A DNA stretch of 63,773 bases, the filler included, from Octopus bimaculoides (taxonomy: Eukaryota), in the NCBI RefSeq assembly GCF_001194135.2. It is 4 parts of 2 records of this genome, joined end to end, with 100 filler letters (N's around TTAATTAATTAA, not from the genome) between each part and the next. Parts side by side here need not be neighbours in the genome. Positions count along the whole stretch, not along the records: positions 6,403 to 27,473 come from NC_068982.1; 3 more parts are not named here. One strand, written 5' to 3'. Below are positions 12,022 to 24,478 of the stretch, piece after piece. The notes below the pieces were generated by a model. It did no database searches. It worked only from the letters and a program-made list of their open reading frames with translations, and was not told the DNA's origin. Made by a program: the position numbers and the translations under genes. Each line of letters opens with the position of its first letter. Position 1 is the stretch's first letter.

Positions 12022-14130
12022 CTCATCTATCTGTCTGTCTGTGTGCGTGTAAGTATGTATGTGTGTGTATATAATATGTATGTATATGAGTGCATAAGAG
12101 AAGGATGTATGTATGTGGGTGCCAACGGGAAATCTAGCCTTATTCTATCCAGTGATAAAAATCCAAATCTACTCGACATTTCCTGATCTTTCTGTTTCAT
12201 TTTTAAAAGTCTTATAATATTCTTTCTCTAACGACAAATTATTCCTTGCTTTTGTATCTCTTACATTGCTGGTTGCTTTTTGGATGACATTTAAGTGTTT
12301 CTAAAAAATCAACCTTGAGTTTTGTTAAACATGAACGATTTATAAAGTGTTGTGTAACCAGGAGGTGCGTGTATAACACTAAGCACAAAATTTTTACTGG
12401 GCATTTTCGATTTAATGTTACACTTAATTCATTAAACATAATTACACATACATACATACATGCATATATATATAAACATGATCTTAAATATTTCACTTAT
12501 ATGAAAATAGTTAAATACTTTTGCTGCTTTCCTACATATGATATTGTCTCGAAACTCCAGTTTGGCTAAAAGCATAACGAATCATTGTTTTCCATATAAG
12601 TTTCTTTCCATTCGTATTTGTATATTTTACTGGTTAAATCTATCCACACAACACTTCTTTTACAAACCTTCAGAAATATTATTTTATAATAAATGTCTTT
12701 TTCTGCTTCGAGGGGCACTTTATCTATCACACTTTTACCTTTATAGGATAAACTCTTTTTATTTTTTTATTTTTCGCTTAAATTCATTTTATTTTACAAA
12801 TAATATATATTTTTGACATACATTTCGTATAACGCTTGAAGTAAAACAAATGACTTACTTCGAAATTCAGTCTGTTCAACCTATCTCATGACTTTTTATA
12901 TTAATTTATTTCTCCGTGTCATCATTAGAGGTTCGTTTCGATATTGTAATATTCCAATGAACGCATCTTACCTGAATTTCTAAATTTCTATGTATGGTTG
13001 CTAGAAGCGGCGATTACTAAACTCATTTCCAACCACATATAGTAATAATATANNNNNNNNNNNNNNNNNNNNNNNNNNNNNNNNNNNNNNNNNNNNNNNN
13101 NNNNNNNNNNNNNNNNNNNNNNNNNNNNNNNNNNNNNNNNNNNNNNNNNNNNNNNNNNNNNNNNNNNNNNNNNNNNNNNNNNNNNNNNNNNNNNNNNNNN
13201 NNNNNNNNNNNNNNNNNNNNNNNNNNNNNNNNNNNNNNNNNNNNNNNNNNNNNNNNNNNNNNNNNNNNNNNNNNNNNNNNNNNNNNNNNNNNNNNNNNNN
13301 NNNNNNNNNNNNNNNNNNNNNNNNNNNNNNNNNNNNNNNNNNNNNNNNNNNNNNNNNNNNNNNNNNNNNNNNNNNNNNNNNNNNNNNNNNNNNNNNNNNN
13401 NNNNNNNNNNNNNNNNNNNNNNNNNNNNNNNNNNNNNNNNNNNNNNNNNNNNNNNNNNNNNNNNNNNNNNNNNAGATAGATAGATAGATAGATAATACAA
13501 AAGATATATACCCACAATACAGACAGATACAGGTCAGTGGACACATAGAAAGGTGTGCGAGGAATCTTAATCCTAATTTCCTAATTTTTCCTTTCTATCA
13601 ATGTTCACAGAACACCTCAACACAACAAAGAATGACTAAAGAGGCAATTTTCATTAAAAAAACATCTTCCATAACTAAATTGAACACATAACATAATATA
13701 GAACACTACTAAACTTCCATTTAATACCACTAACCCCCATACATCCCATACACCATTCACATTACAGATCTAGATCTACCCTAATTGCACCAAACCCAGA
13801 ACTACTTACATCCCTTACACATAATCTTTTTGCCAAGGGACTAGTAGACCTGACACCGTTCAGTATTCGGTGTGCATTCAAAGCAATGATTAGTAATATT
13901 ACGATACCGGTATGCTTTTGAATCTCTTTAACAACTTACAATAATGACTTTTATTACTTTTATTCCTACCTCAGTTCATCTAATTGTATATATCTATCGT
14001 GACTTTTCATAAAAAGCCTTTACTTTTTTGATTTCCAATGTGCATTTTCGCTTATTTTTCTTCTTACTTTCCCTTTACATTTCCACGTATAGTTTCTATT
14101 TTGTTTTTGTAACTTATTTCTATTATATAT

Positions 14131-14682
14131 ATAATTGTCACTAAACGTGACTATGGTGCCATGAAGCACATTGCTAGAATATGCGCTAAACCGCTCTAAT
14201 GTTGTAGTTAACTCACATGAATCATTAGAGCGGTTTAGCTCTTATTTCGAGCTGTTTCCTAATACCCTAGTCAAATTTAGTGACAATTATAATTCTCCTT
14301 TTTGATGAAGTATTGCAAACTGCTATTTACATTAATTTTATATATACACATTAGCAAATCGTTAAATCATCCAATATTTTGGATGACGAAAACATAAATA
14401 CTAATGGTGAAGCAAGTCCGGAAAAGCTGAACAATCGAGCGGTCTTAACTGATGAGACAACGGAAATTGCCGAAACTGACGTCAGTATTATGAATTTTCG
14501 ATCAGCACTTTTAAGGACGATTATGATCCCTCTTAGTATATATGCTTTCATGCATGTGCATTAACTACAGCATTATAGCGGTTTAGCGCTTATTTCTAGC
14601 AACGTAGGTGTTTTCTAACACCCTAGTCCCATTTAGTGACCATTATAATTCTCTTTTGTGGTAAAACATTTGAAACTGCTGT
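14131..14682. mobile_element. 348-bp direct-repeat unit plus an inverted arm (Penelope pseudo-LTR/retrozyme-like) carrying the hammerhead
   Basis: cattagagcggtttagc (14223) recurs as cattatagcggtttagc (14571), with ~110 bp of shared downstream sequence. 14131-14220 is an inverted copy of the same repeat. Confidence 0.65.
14426..14506 (+). ncRNA. Type I hammerhead ribozyme
   Basis: Stem I TCTTAA(14443-48)/TTATGA(14488-93), extended by ATCGA/TCGAT and GCTG/CAGC. Core CTGATGA at 14449-55. Stem II GACAA/TTGCC (one mismatch). GAAA at 14472-75. Stem III within the palindrome ACTGACGTCAGT. Cleavage triplet GUA, cut after 14487. Confidence 0.75.
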
Positions 14683-14695
14683 TTATATATATATA

Positions 14696-14822
14696 CAGGG
14701 TGTCCACAAAGTCTGGATACATGGGGTAAATAAAATTATAACATAAACAATTAAATATAAGAAATAATGATTTCTTAAAGTATGTGTTAATCCCCATGTA
14801 CCCAGACTTTGTGGAAACCCTG
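14696..14822. mobile_element. Tc1/mariner-type MITE
   Basis: 31-bp TIRs CAGGGTGTCCACAAAGTCTGGATACATGGGG / CCCCATGTACCCAGACTTTGTGGAAACCCTG, with TA on the left flank. Confidence 0.85.
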
Positions 14823-16041
14823 TGTGTGCATACATTTCCACAATTCTCAATCGATTTTCACCAAATTTTACACACACACATTACTTATGTTCCAAGGATA
14901 GTCATGCACTGTAACATTTTGCCCAGACTCCCGCGTAAATGGACAACCCTGCAAAAGCGGTGGTTTACACGGATTTTTCTCTAATTCGTTGTATGTAGTT
15001 TTTTTTATGTAGGGTCTTCCATACATTTTAATCTATATGGTTGTATATTGGCATTAGAGAATATTTTGGGACTTATTATTTGTTTATATTTTGTAATTGT
15101 GTATTATTACTTGAAACGGTGATTAAATTGACTACGAAAACTATACATGATGAATATCCAATACCAAACAATCTTAATCTCCATATTTAAACTGCATTAA
15201 ACTTTGGCAAGCTTACCTTTACCTATTCTGAGGTACTTGAAAGGTGATGTTCCCTTCCCACGCTTGTATTTTTGATACCTTTGTTTACCTACCAATACAT
15301 TGTTTCATTTGAAGGATGCTAATTTACCCATCCATTATGATATTTCGAACGCGACATCTTTTCACTGCAAACTGCTGAAGATTGAAAGCAGTATTCATGA
15401 ATTGAAGTCAAACTCTTCATGTCTTCATTTTTCGTCAATTTCAGAGTGGTCGTACACTGTAAGCACGTAATAAATACATTTCTTTAACTATACTTTTTCA
15501 AGTAGGTATTATATCGGCATTTTTTAACGTACCAATCTTACTTCTCTCCGAAATGATAGCTCCCTTTACTGTTGAATAAAATAAACTCGCAGAGGGGAAG
15601 TTTCAACGTCTTCCTTCAATTTCATTACACCATTTATGTGGCTGTTTCTGACAAGAAATTTCGCTTTCATGTAAAACAACTACACTTTATAGTCATTATC
15701 CGTAATCTACTTCCAAAATACTTCAGTAGCTCTACTTTGCATCGCTTGCAAACTTATATGTTCTATGATCATTAAAGTACACAATAACCAACCTTCAATT
15801 TTGATTTTCTGTTCCTAGGTTAATCGGAAACATAGATTGCCGTGCTACTCATAAACCTTTTCGGTAGTTCAATTATTTAGTGAAAAAAATACCACCAAAG
15901 CAACTTAAACCGTCCAAAGGACGGGTGCGTTTGATGTGTGTGTGTGTGTATATATATATATATACCATAAAAATTTATGGATGATTTAGGGAAATGCTAA
16001 AGCGTATACTAAAAATTAATATAAACAGCTAGGCGTGCGCG

Positions 16042-16072
<31 letters not shown>

Positions 16073-16261
16073 GCTTTCATACATAGGCGAAGCCAGAGCT
16101 GTGTAGTTAAGAGTTATGCTTGGCAAAACTATCTTGCGGTTTTAGCCAAGCATAGTTTTGTCATCTTGGGTATGTTTCTTCTACTACAATCTTGGGCCGA
16201 CCAATGATTTGTGAGACAGAACTGTGCAACCCGGGAGATACACACAGACACAAACCCACAT

Positions 16262-16309
<48 letters not shown>

Positions 16310-18299
16310 GCACACACACATACAGTGAGATCCAAACAGAGTTGTAAGCGGAGGAGAGGGAGTAGTGTTATGGGAAAAGTTATACAAATAAGAAATATGT
16401 CTTATTTAATTTTATCTTAAAGTAATAAATATTTTTGTTGCAAAAAATTAATATTCACTGCATCATTTTCTATAAGCACCGATGCATTCGATAACAATTA
16501 CATTACAATTATTGCATGCCTGCCGCTTCGCTTTGCCTTTCATCCTTTCGGGGTCGATGAATTAAGTACCAGTCAAGTACTGGGGTTAAATTAAAGACTA
16601 TCTCCTTCGCCAGAAATTCCAGGCCCTGTGCCTACAATAGAAGGGATATTACAAGTTATAGCAAAAGTATACTTTTAAAGTTGCCCGTTACATGACGAGT
16701 AAATTATATTAGGAAGTTCTGCAAGTAGGCCTTGTCTCTCTCTAAGTCACCCACGCAGAGGAGGAAGAGAGGATTAATACCTTTAACAGATTACCCTTAA
16801 TCAATTGTAGCAGAAGAAACTAAAGGCCAGAATTTAACAGCAGCACCAGAGCCGGTGCCGTGTTACACTGGAATAACATTATAACTACAAGTGGTAGGAG
16901 TATACTTAACGTAGGATGATAGATGTGGTCTGTGGGTGGGGATAGAGGTGCAAACACCGTAAGAATCGTGTTGAAGTAGCGACAGAGATGTTTCTAGAGG
17001 TGTTGGTGATGGGGACGGCAGAGAGGGAGCAGCAGTAGTGTTGTTGTTGTTGTTGTTGTTGCTGGTGGCGGCGGTGGCGGCGGTGGTGGTGGTGGTGGTG
17101 GTGGCTCTGTGGCTCTAGCGGTGGAGGAAATCTAACTCTTGTCATTTTTGGCTATTGTTCAAGACTCCTGCTGATATGGCACTTGTAAAGANNNNNNNNN
17201 NNNNNNNNNNNNNNNNNNNNNNNNNNNNNNNNNNNNNNNNNNNNNNNNNNNNNNNNNNNNNNNNNNNNNNNNNNNNNNNNNNNNNNNNNNNNNNNNNNNN
17301 NNNNNNNNNNNNNNNNNNNNNNNNNNNNNNNNNNNNNNNNNNNNNNNNNNNNNNNNNNNNNNNNNNNNNNNNNNNNNNNNNNNNNNNNNNNNNNNNNNNN
17401 NNNNNNNNNNNNNNNNNNNNNNNNNNNNNNNNNNNNNNNNNNNNNNNNNNNNNNNNNNNNNNNNNNNNNNNNNNNNNNNNNNNNNNNNNNNNNNNNNNNN
17501 NNNNNNNNNNNNNNNNNNNNNNNNNNNNNNNNNNNNNNNNNNNNNNNNNNNNNNNNNNNNNNNNNNNNNNNNNNNNNNNNNNNNNNNNNNNNNNNNNNNN
17601 NNNNNNNNNNNNNNNNNNNNNNNNNNNNNNNNNNNNNNNNNNNNNNNNNNNNNNNNNNNNNNNNNNNNNNNNNNNNNNNNNNNNNNNNNNNNNNNNNNNN
17701 NNNNNNNNNNNNNNNNNNNNNNNNNNNNNNNNNNNNNNNNNNNNNNNNNNNNNNNNNNNNNNNNNNNNNNNNNNNNNNNNNNNNNNNNNNNNNNNNNNNN
17801 NNNNNNNNNNNNNNNNNNNNNNNNNNNNNNNNNNNNNNNNNNNNNNNNNNNNNNNNNNNNNNNNNNNNNNNNNNNNNNNNNNNNNNNNNNNNNNNNNNNN
17901 NNNNNNNNNNNNNNNNNNNNNNNNNNNNNNNNNNNNNNNNNNNNNNNNNNNNNNNNNNNNNNNNNNNNNNNNNNNNNNNNNNNNNNNNNNNNNNNNNNNN
18001 NNNNNNNNNNNNNNNNNNNNNNNNNNNNNNNNNNNNNNNNNNNNNNNNNNNNNNNNNNNNNNNNNNNNNNNNNNNNNNNNNNNNNNNNNNNNNNNNNNNN
18101 NNNNNNNNNNNNNNNNNNNNNNNNNNNNNNNNNNNNNNNNNNNNNNNNNNNNNNNNNNNNNNNNNNNNNNNNNNNNNNNNNNNNNNTATATATATATATA
18201 TCAAGTAAACTGATATCTGACTGTTCAAAGAAGTCTTCAAAAGTAACTTGTAGCAATTTCTCTTGAAAATCAACAAAATTTAGCATTGTGGTTTTATCA

Positions 18300-18975
18300 A
18301 TTACCCCCAGAGGAAAGGTTTAGCCCCCAACGACACTGATACTGACAGGATTGCTACACTAGGAGATAAGGCACCTATTTTATCAACAGTGCACAACTTG
18401 AACTTAGGAGGGGAAGAGAGAGTCTTCAACATGATCCAAGGTTTGGACGTCCTGCAACTGCCATCACTGAGGAAAATATTGATCGTGTTTATGCTTACCA
18501 TATGCTGGTAGACGACAAGCGATTAATTATACATCAAATAGCCAATACTATTCGCATATCCCGTAAGAGAGGTGAGACTATTTTGCATAATGAACTCGGT
18601 ATGACGAAGGTTTCTGCTCGGTCGGTGTCACGTCTTTTGACACCTGATCAAAGCACCCCAAGCTGATAACATGACGGGAGAATCTGACAGTTTGAGACAG
18701 ATGCAGCTGGTTTCTTTGACCGTTTCTTAACCCAGGATGAGTGTTGGCTTTATGACTTTGAACCAGAGACAAAGAGATAATCCATACAGTGGAAACACCC
18801 CTACTCCCCTGCTCCAAAGAAGGCCAAGATTGTTTCATCTGCAGGGAAGGTGATGGTCTCAGTTTTTGTGGATGCAAAAGGCATTGTCCTTATTAACTAT
18901 CTTCAAAAGGGCCACACCCTCGATGCCAACCTGCTGTGGCAGTTATAGAAGGTATCAAGACCAAACGGCCACAAA
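18300..18975 (+). mobile_element. Decayed mariner (DD34D, Mos1/SETMAR-like) transposase
   Basis: Frameshifted pieces include FLTQDECWLYDFEPETKR*SIQWKHPYSPAPKKAKIVSSAGKVMVSVFVDAKGIVLINYLQKGHTL and PRFGRPATAITEENIDRV. Confidence 0.9.
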
Positions 18976-19840
18976 AACAGACGAAAGTTGTCTTGTTTTC
19001 AAGATAATGCTTTTGTGTCTATGTGTATGTTTCTCTGTATCTGTGTCTATGTAAGAACATTTATCCTGGCTTGAGATTGCCGTAACTCGCCCAAGGTTTT
19101 TCTTCATACTCTCAAAATATGTATGCATTCATATATGCATGTGTGCGTGTCTGTGTGTCTGTGTGTGTGCGTGTGTGCACACGTGCATGCTTGTGTGCGT
19201 TTGTCTGCGTGCGTGCATGCGTGCATGCGTGTGTGTGTTTGTCTGTCTGTGTTTTGTGCGTGCGTGCGTGCGTGCGTGTGTGCGTGCATGCGTGCGTGCG
19301 TGTGTGCGTGCATGTGCACGCACGCGCAATCACACGCATATAAAAATAACAAAAACATAGTTCTCAATATTGAAAATAATATTATGTAATTCATGGGAAG
19401 TTACATTTTACCAACTCAGTACTCCGTGTTTCTCACTGACAATTTTTGGACAAATATATAAAAATGAAGCATGAAAAACCTATATACAAATATCATGCAG
19501 CAAAATATCCGAGTATTATAAAGAACGCTGATTGGTTGTCAATGTTATAGTGGTTTGAATAAGAGATTAAATAAAACATTTAGAATGTCCCAAATAGAAA
19601 AAAGCTACTTAAAAGAGAAAAACTAATTTAAATTGAAAAAAATACGACTTAAAGCAATATAACACATATAATAATACTTATATGTATATACTTATATATA
19701 TANNNNNNNNNNNNNNNNNNNNNNNNNNNNNNNNNNNNNNNNNNNNNNNNNNNNNNNNNNNNNNNNNNNNNNNNNNNNNNNNNNNNNNNNNNNNNNNNNN
19801 NNNNNNNNNNNNNNNNNNNNNNNNNNNNNNNNGCTAGGGC

Positions 19841-19896
19841 TTGGCTGCTCTGCATTGACAAGGGGCAACACCCTGAAACTAGTCTGCAGATGCCAA
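19841..19896 (+). ncRNA. Type I hammerhead ribozyme, U3-A8 core variant, palindromic stem III
   Basis: Stem I TCTGCA(19849-54)/TGCAGA(19885-90) plus distal TTGGC/GCCAA. Core TTGACAA at 19855-61. Stem II GGGG/CCCT with loop CAACA. GAAA at 19875-78. Stem III ACTAGT. Cleavage triplet GUC, cut after 19884. Confidence 0.75.
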
Positions 19897-20129
19897 ACCA
19901 GCAGGGGGACACTGCTGACCTCCCCTGTTCGAAGGTTATAAAGGACACAGGTTTCGTGTGTCACATAGCTAGCTAGAGGCGATGGCTTCTTGGAGCTAAT
20001 TCACGGCAGCTTTCGTCCTAATTTTGGGACTGCCATGTTGGCTTGGCGATAACTATTAATTTCCAGTACCGCTGCCGTAGTCTCCTTTAGAGAGACTTAG
20101 AAATATTAATAACTCTATATATATATATA

Positions 20130-20174
<45 letters not shown>

Positions 20175-20517
20175 CATAATCATCATAATTAATAAATCGT
20201 ATGGTATAGGCCTGATAGTTTACAAGTAAAGCGCGTTCACTTTCTCAGCTATTATCGTTAAAGACACCGAGACCAGCCTACTTACACATGAATTTTACCT
20301 TTTATCGTTATCTTTAGTTGTTTCAATCATTAGATTGCGACCATACTGGGGTACGGCCTTGTAGAATTTTAGTCGACTCCAGTACTTAGTTTCTTAAGCC
20401 TGGTGCTTATTCTATGGGTCTCTTTTGCTTAACGACTAAGTTATGGGGACGTAAACACACCAACACTGGTTATCAACAAGTGGTGGGGACGAAGACACAA
20501 AACACACACACTAACAT

Positions 20518-20577
<60 letters not shown>

Positions 20578-23078
20578 NNNNNNNNNNNNNNNNNNNNNNN
20601 NNNNNNNNNNNNNNNNNNNNNNNNNNNNNNNNNNNNNNNNNNNNNNNNNNNNNNNNNNNNNNNNNNNNNNNNNNNNNNNNNNNNNNNNNNNNNNNNNNNN
20701 NNNNNNNNNNNNNNNNNNNNNNNNNNNNNNNNNNNNNNNNNNNNNNNNNNNNNNNNNNNNNNNNNNNNNNNNNNNNNNNNNNNNNNNNNNNNNNNNNNNN
20801 NNNNNNNNNNNNNNNNNNNNNNNNNNNNNNNNNNNNNNNNNNNNNNNNNNNNNNNNNNNNNNNNNNNNNNNNNNNNNNNNNNNNNNNNNNNNNNNNNNNN
20901 NNNNNNNNNNNNNNNNNNNNNNNNNNNNNNNNNNNNNNNNNNNNNNNNNNNNNNNNNNNNNNNNNNNNNNNNNNNNNNNNNNNNNNNNNNNNNNNNNNNN
21001 NNNNNNNNNNNNNNNNNNNNNNNNNNNNNNNNNNNNNNNNNNNNNNNNNNNNNNNNNNNNNNNNNNNNNNNNNNNNNNNNNNNNNNNNNNNNNNNNNNNN
21101 NNNNNNNNNNNNNNNNNNNNNNNNNNNNNNNNNNNNNNNNNNNNNNNNNNNNNNNNNNNNNNNNNNNNNNNNATATATATGTATATATATATATAAAAAT
21201 TAGCAACAGGATATCAAATAGTGATGCAGTACGACCGTTTCAAGCGGCTCCATTTAATTGAACAATGCAGTCATTACATCAATTTAAATGCAGTGCCATC
21301 TCCAGCTGCACAAATAAATAAATAGAATTTTACCCAGTAGGACACATTAATACGATTTTTCTCAAACATTTTAACAGAGAAAGAAGATGAAAGAAATTCA
21401 TGGTGTCGCTTAAGAACTACAGACTACACTTCCAAGAATCGCGTGAAGCCTACTTAGGATCAAAGTGCTGTAAGGGATTGTAATTCATTTCTAGCTCATT
21501 TATATCTACTAAATCTAAGACTTGAAGATTGGGTCTACTTTGAATAAAGGACAAGAGTGAGTTGGCAGCTCATGGCTTGGAATGGTCATAAATAATATCA
21601 TATGTATCCCTTTTACTCGGGGAGGAAGGAAGACAGTAGAAGTAATCAATTGGATATAAGTAACTGTCTATAAAATGAGGCTCTTTTATGGACAGTTACT
21701 TATATCCAGATATGACAGTGGAGACTTACAAGAAAACCGAACGAAAACAAACATGGAGGGTCGTTAGACCAGAACGAGAAAAAAAATAGTGAACGCTGAG
21801 AGAAACATTTTTTTGAAAAGAGAAAAAACACGTCAGTTCTTTCTAACGTCTAAGCAGGAAAAGAAAGATGGTCACGTGAGAAAAAGAAAGATGGACGATG
21901 GTCGCGTGTGAGCCACGAGAGAGAGAGAGAGAAAAAAGAGAAAGAGGGAGAGAGAGAGACTGATTGAAAGCAGTGGAGGAGGGAGGGGGAGAAAAGAGTA
22001 ATTAGAGAAGGATGGAGAAAGAACACAGTATAGAGAAGATAGTCGTATCAAAATGGTAAAGAAACTTACTTGGAAATATATGTATGTATGCATGTATGTA
22101 GTATATTCATGTGCGTGTGTGTTTTCTGAATAAGAAACCGATAGATTATGTAGCAGGCCTTAAAAAATGAGTACTGGGATCGACTCATTCGACTAAAAAT
22201 TCAAGGTGGTGCTCCAGCATGGCCACAGTCTAATGACTGAAACAAGTAATAGATAAAAGATAAAGGTCTTCTTGAACATTTCCTGGAAAACCTAATATAC
22301 GAAATGCAAAACAATTGTACTAAGCACCAACATAGAACAGCTGACACTCTACCTGAGTTCTTGTCCTTGTAATCTATATTCTCAAAATATTTGATATCTT
22401 TTTTTATATTTTATAGAACCCAGCAAGATCGGAAGTTGTGTTGAATAATAGCATTACACTATAATACTTGCCCTAGGTGACTGGCTGTCGCTCGACAAGT
22501 ATTTACTATCCAGTCTATATCAAAGGAAAATTAAACAATAATAACAGCAATTTTATTATAAAGTCATGACGGCAAACCAAAATTAGCTTCCGGAAATACC
22601 ACAGCTGAAGACAGGTGAAGCTTGATCATGTGTAGCCTTTGACGAATTCTCTGAATGGTTATAAAGATCCCCTGATAACAACGCTATAATGGTTTTACTA
22701 TGATTTAGCTGAACTGGAATAATTTACGTAGTTGTGTGCCAGTGACTCAACATAATAGCCAAACTAGTGTGGGTGGTCATCTAATACAAGTCAAGAATGG
22801 GAGGAACACCAAAAACATTAAAACACAAAATGGTATGATGAGACTTAACAGAATTTATTCTCAGAAATATAATACAAACAATTCTAAACATAAATTATTC
22901 TACGGCGCAACTTTCTTACCAATTAATAATAGCTGTTCTAAGTTAAAACTAACTGGCTCAACAATTCCTTCTCCCACATCCCACTTCACATTTTTTTTTT
23001 CAAATAAGCCCCAAAGAATCGCGTCTTGTTATGAATGGACAAAATTAACACAAACACACATACACACACAAACGCGTA

Positions 23079-23155
<77 letters not shown>

Positions 23156-23366
23156 ACCAAATCTTTGCCTCAAGAGGATGTATCATAATTACCAAATGAC
23201 ACTTGAGAAATGGAGATAACATTCAGAATCAAGAGTTCTCCAAAACTGACTTGACATTAACGTAAGGGAGAAATACTTTAAAGACAGCTTCCTGGGTATC
23301 AAACCAGTTGGCGTATGGTTACAACCTTACTCACCGTTTTCTTCTCCTGTGAATCCTCCTGAGAAT

Positions 23367-23475
23367 CCCACTAGCCAAACCCCACTAGCCAAACCACACT
23401 AGCCAAACCACACTAGCCAAGCCCCACTAGCCAAAGCCCACTAGCCAAACCGCACTAGCCAAACCCCACTACCAC
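23367..23475. repeat. 14-bp minisatellite (CTAGCCAAACCCCA) x7 plus a partial unit
   Basis: CTAGCC occurs at 23371, 23385, 23399, 23413, 23427, 23441 and 23455. Confidence 0.9.
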
Positions 23476-24164
23476 AACCAAACACTGAGCTCAATCCTTC
23501 CTCACAAAACCTAAATCTCTTAGATTTTTCTCCTCGCTCTCTTTCCCAACACACACCAACTTAGAGATATACGAGCTCAGCATAACTGCATCAGTCTCCC
23601 TAATTTCTCAAGGATTAGGTAAGTCACAGACTTCGCTCAATCCCCTTGAGTAATCTCTGAGAGTGAAAGAAGTAAATCCAACGGGGTTTTAGGGATAATC
23701 CTAATTCACGATACGTGATTTGCTTGTTAATAAATTCTATAAGAGAATTTGAAAAATAATAGCTGCATACTCCGAGACATTTCTATTGAAACGACTCGAT
23801 ACAACAGCTGCATAGTCAGTTTGTACGAGTCTGTGATGCAAGTATGACCTACGGAACGACAGCAGTACCATAAATTTCACCACCGAATAATCAATTTGAT
23901 GAAAAAGACACCAGAACATTTATACACAATCTACTGTTAACGCTCAAATATTAATTAGTCAATAGGAAAATTAAATTACGGATAATTAGAGTTTGAAAAC
24001 TTTGTCTGAATCAAAAACAATCTGACATCATACGCAAAACACAGAAAAATTTATCTGAATATCGGTCAGTTTGATTGTGCAATTAATTCAGTTAGACGAG
24101 GCATCATGGGTGATGTATAGTGTATTTAGTATATACATACATACATACATACTTACATACATAC

Positions 24165-24195
<31 letters not shown>

Positions 24196-24439
24196 CATAC
24201 ATACATACATACGACATACATATCATGTATGTGTGTACGTAGGTAAATAATGCATATACACACACACACATGTATATATAATATGTGTGTGTGTCTATAT
24301 ATATACATGCTTAAAGCAACACACACACGAATACATACACACAGTCACAAACACAAACACACAATGACGTGTGTTCCTAAATATACAATTGTAATGTCAT
24401 GTGACTGTTGCATATACACACACACATCTATATATATTA

Positions 24440-24478
<39 letters not shown>

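Noticed and set aside
14355-14480. Plausible phase-0 plus-strand exon QIVKSSNILDDENINTNGEASPEKLNNRAVLTDETTEIAETD
   Set aside because: It overlaps a fully foldable hammerhead inside a repeat unit, and a repeat origin explains it better. It is not fully excluded.
23367-23475. Short regular repeats as a CRISPR array
   Set aside because: There are no unique spacers, the context is eukaryotic, and no cas genes are present.
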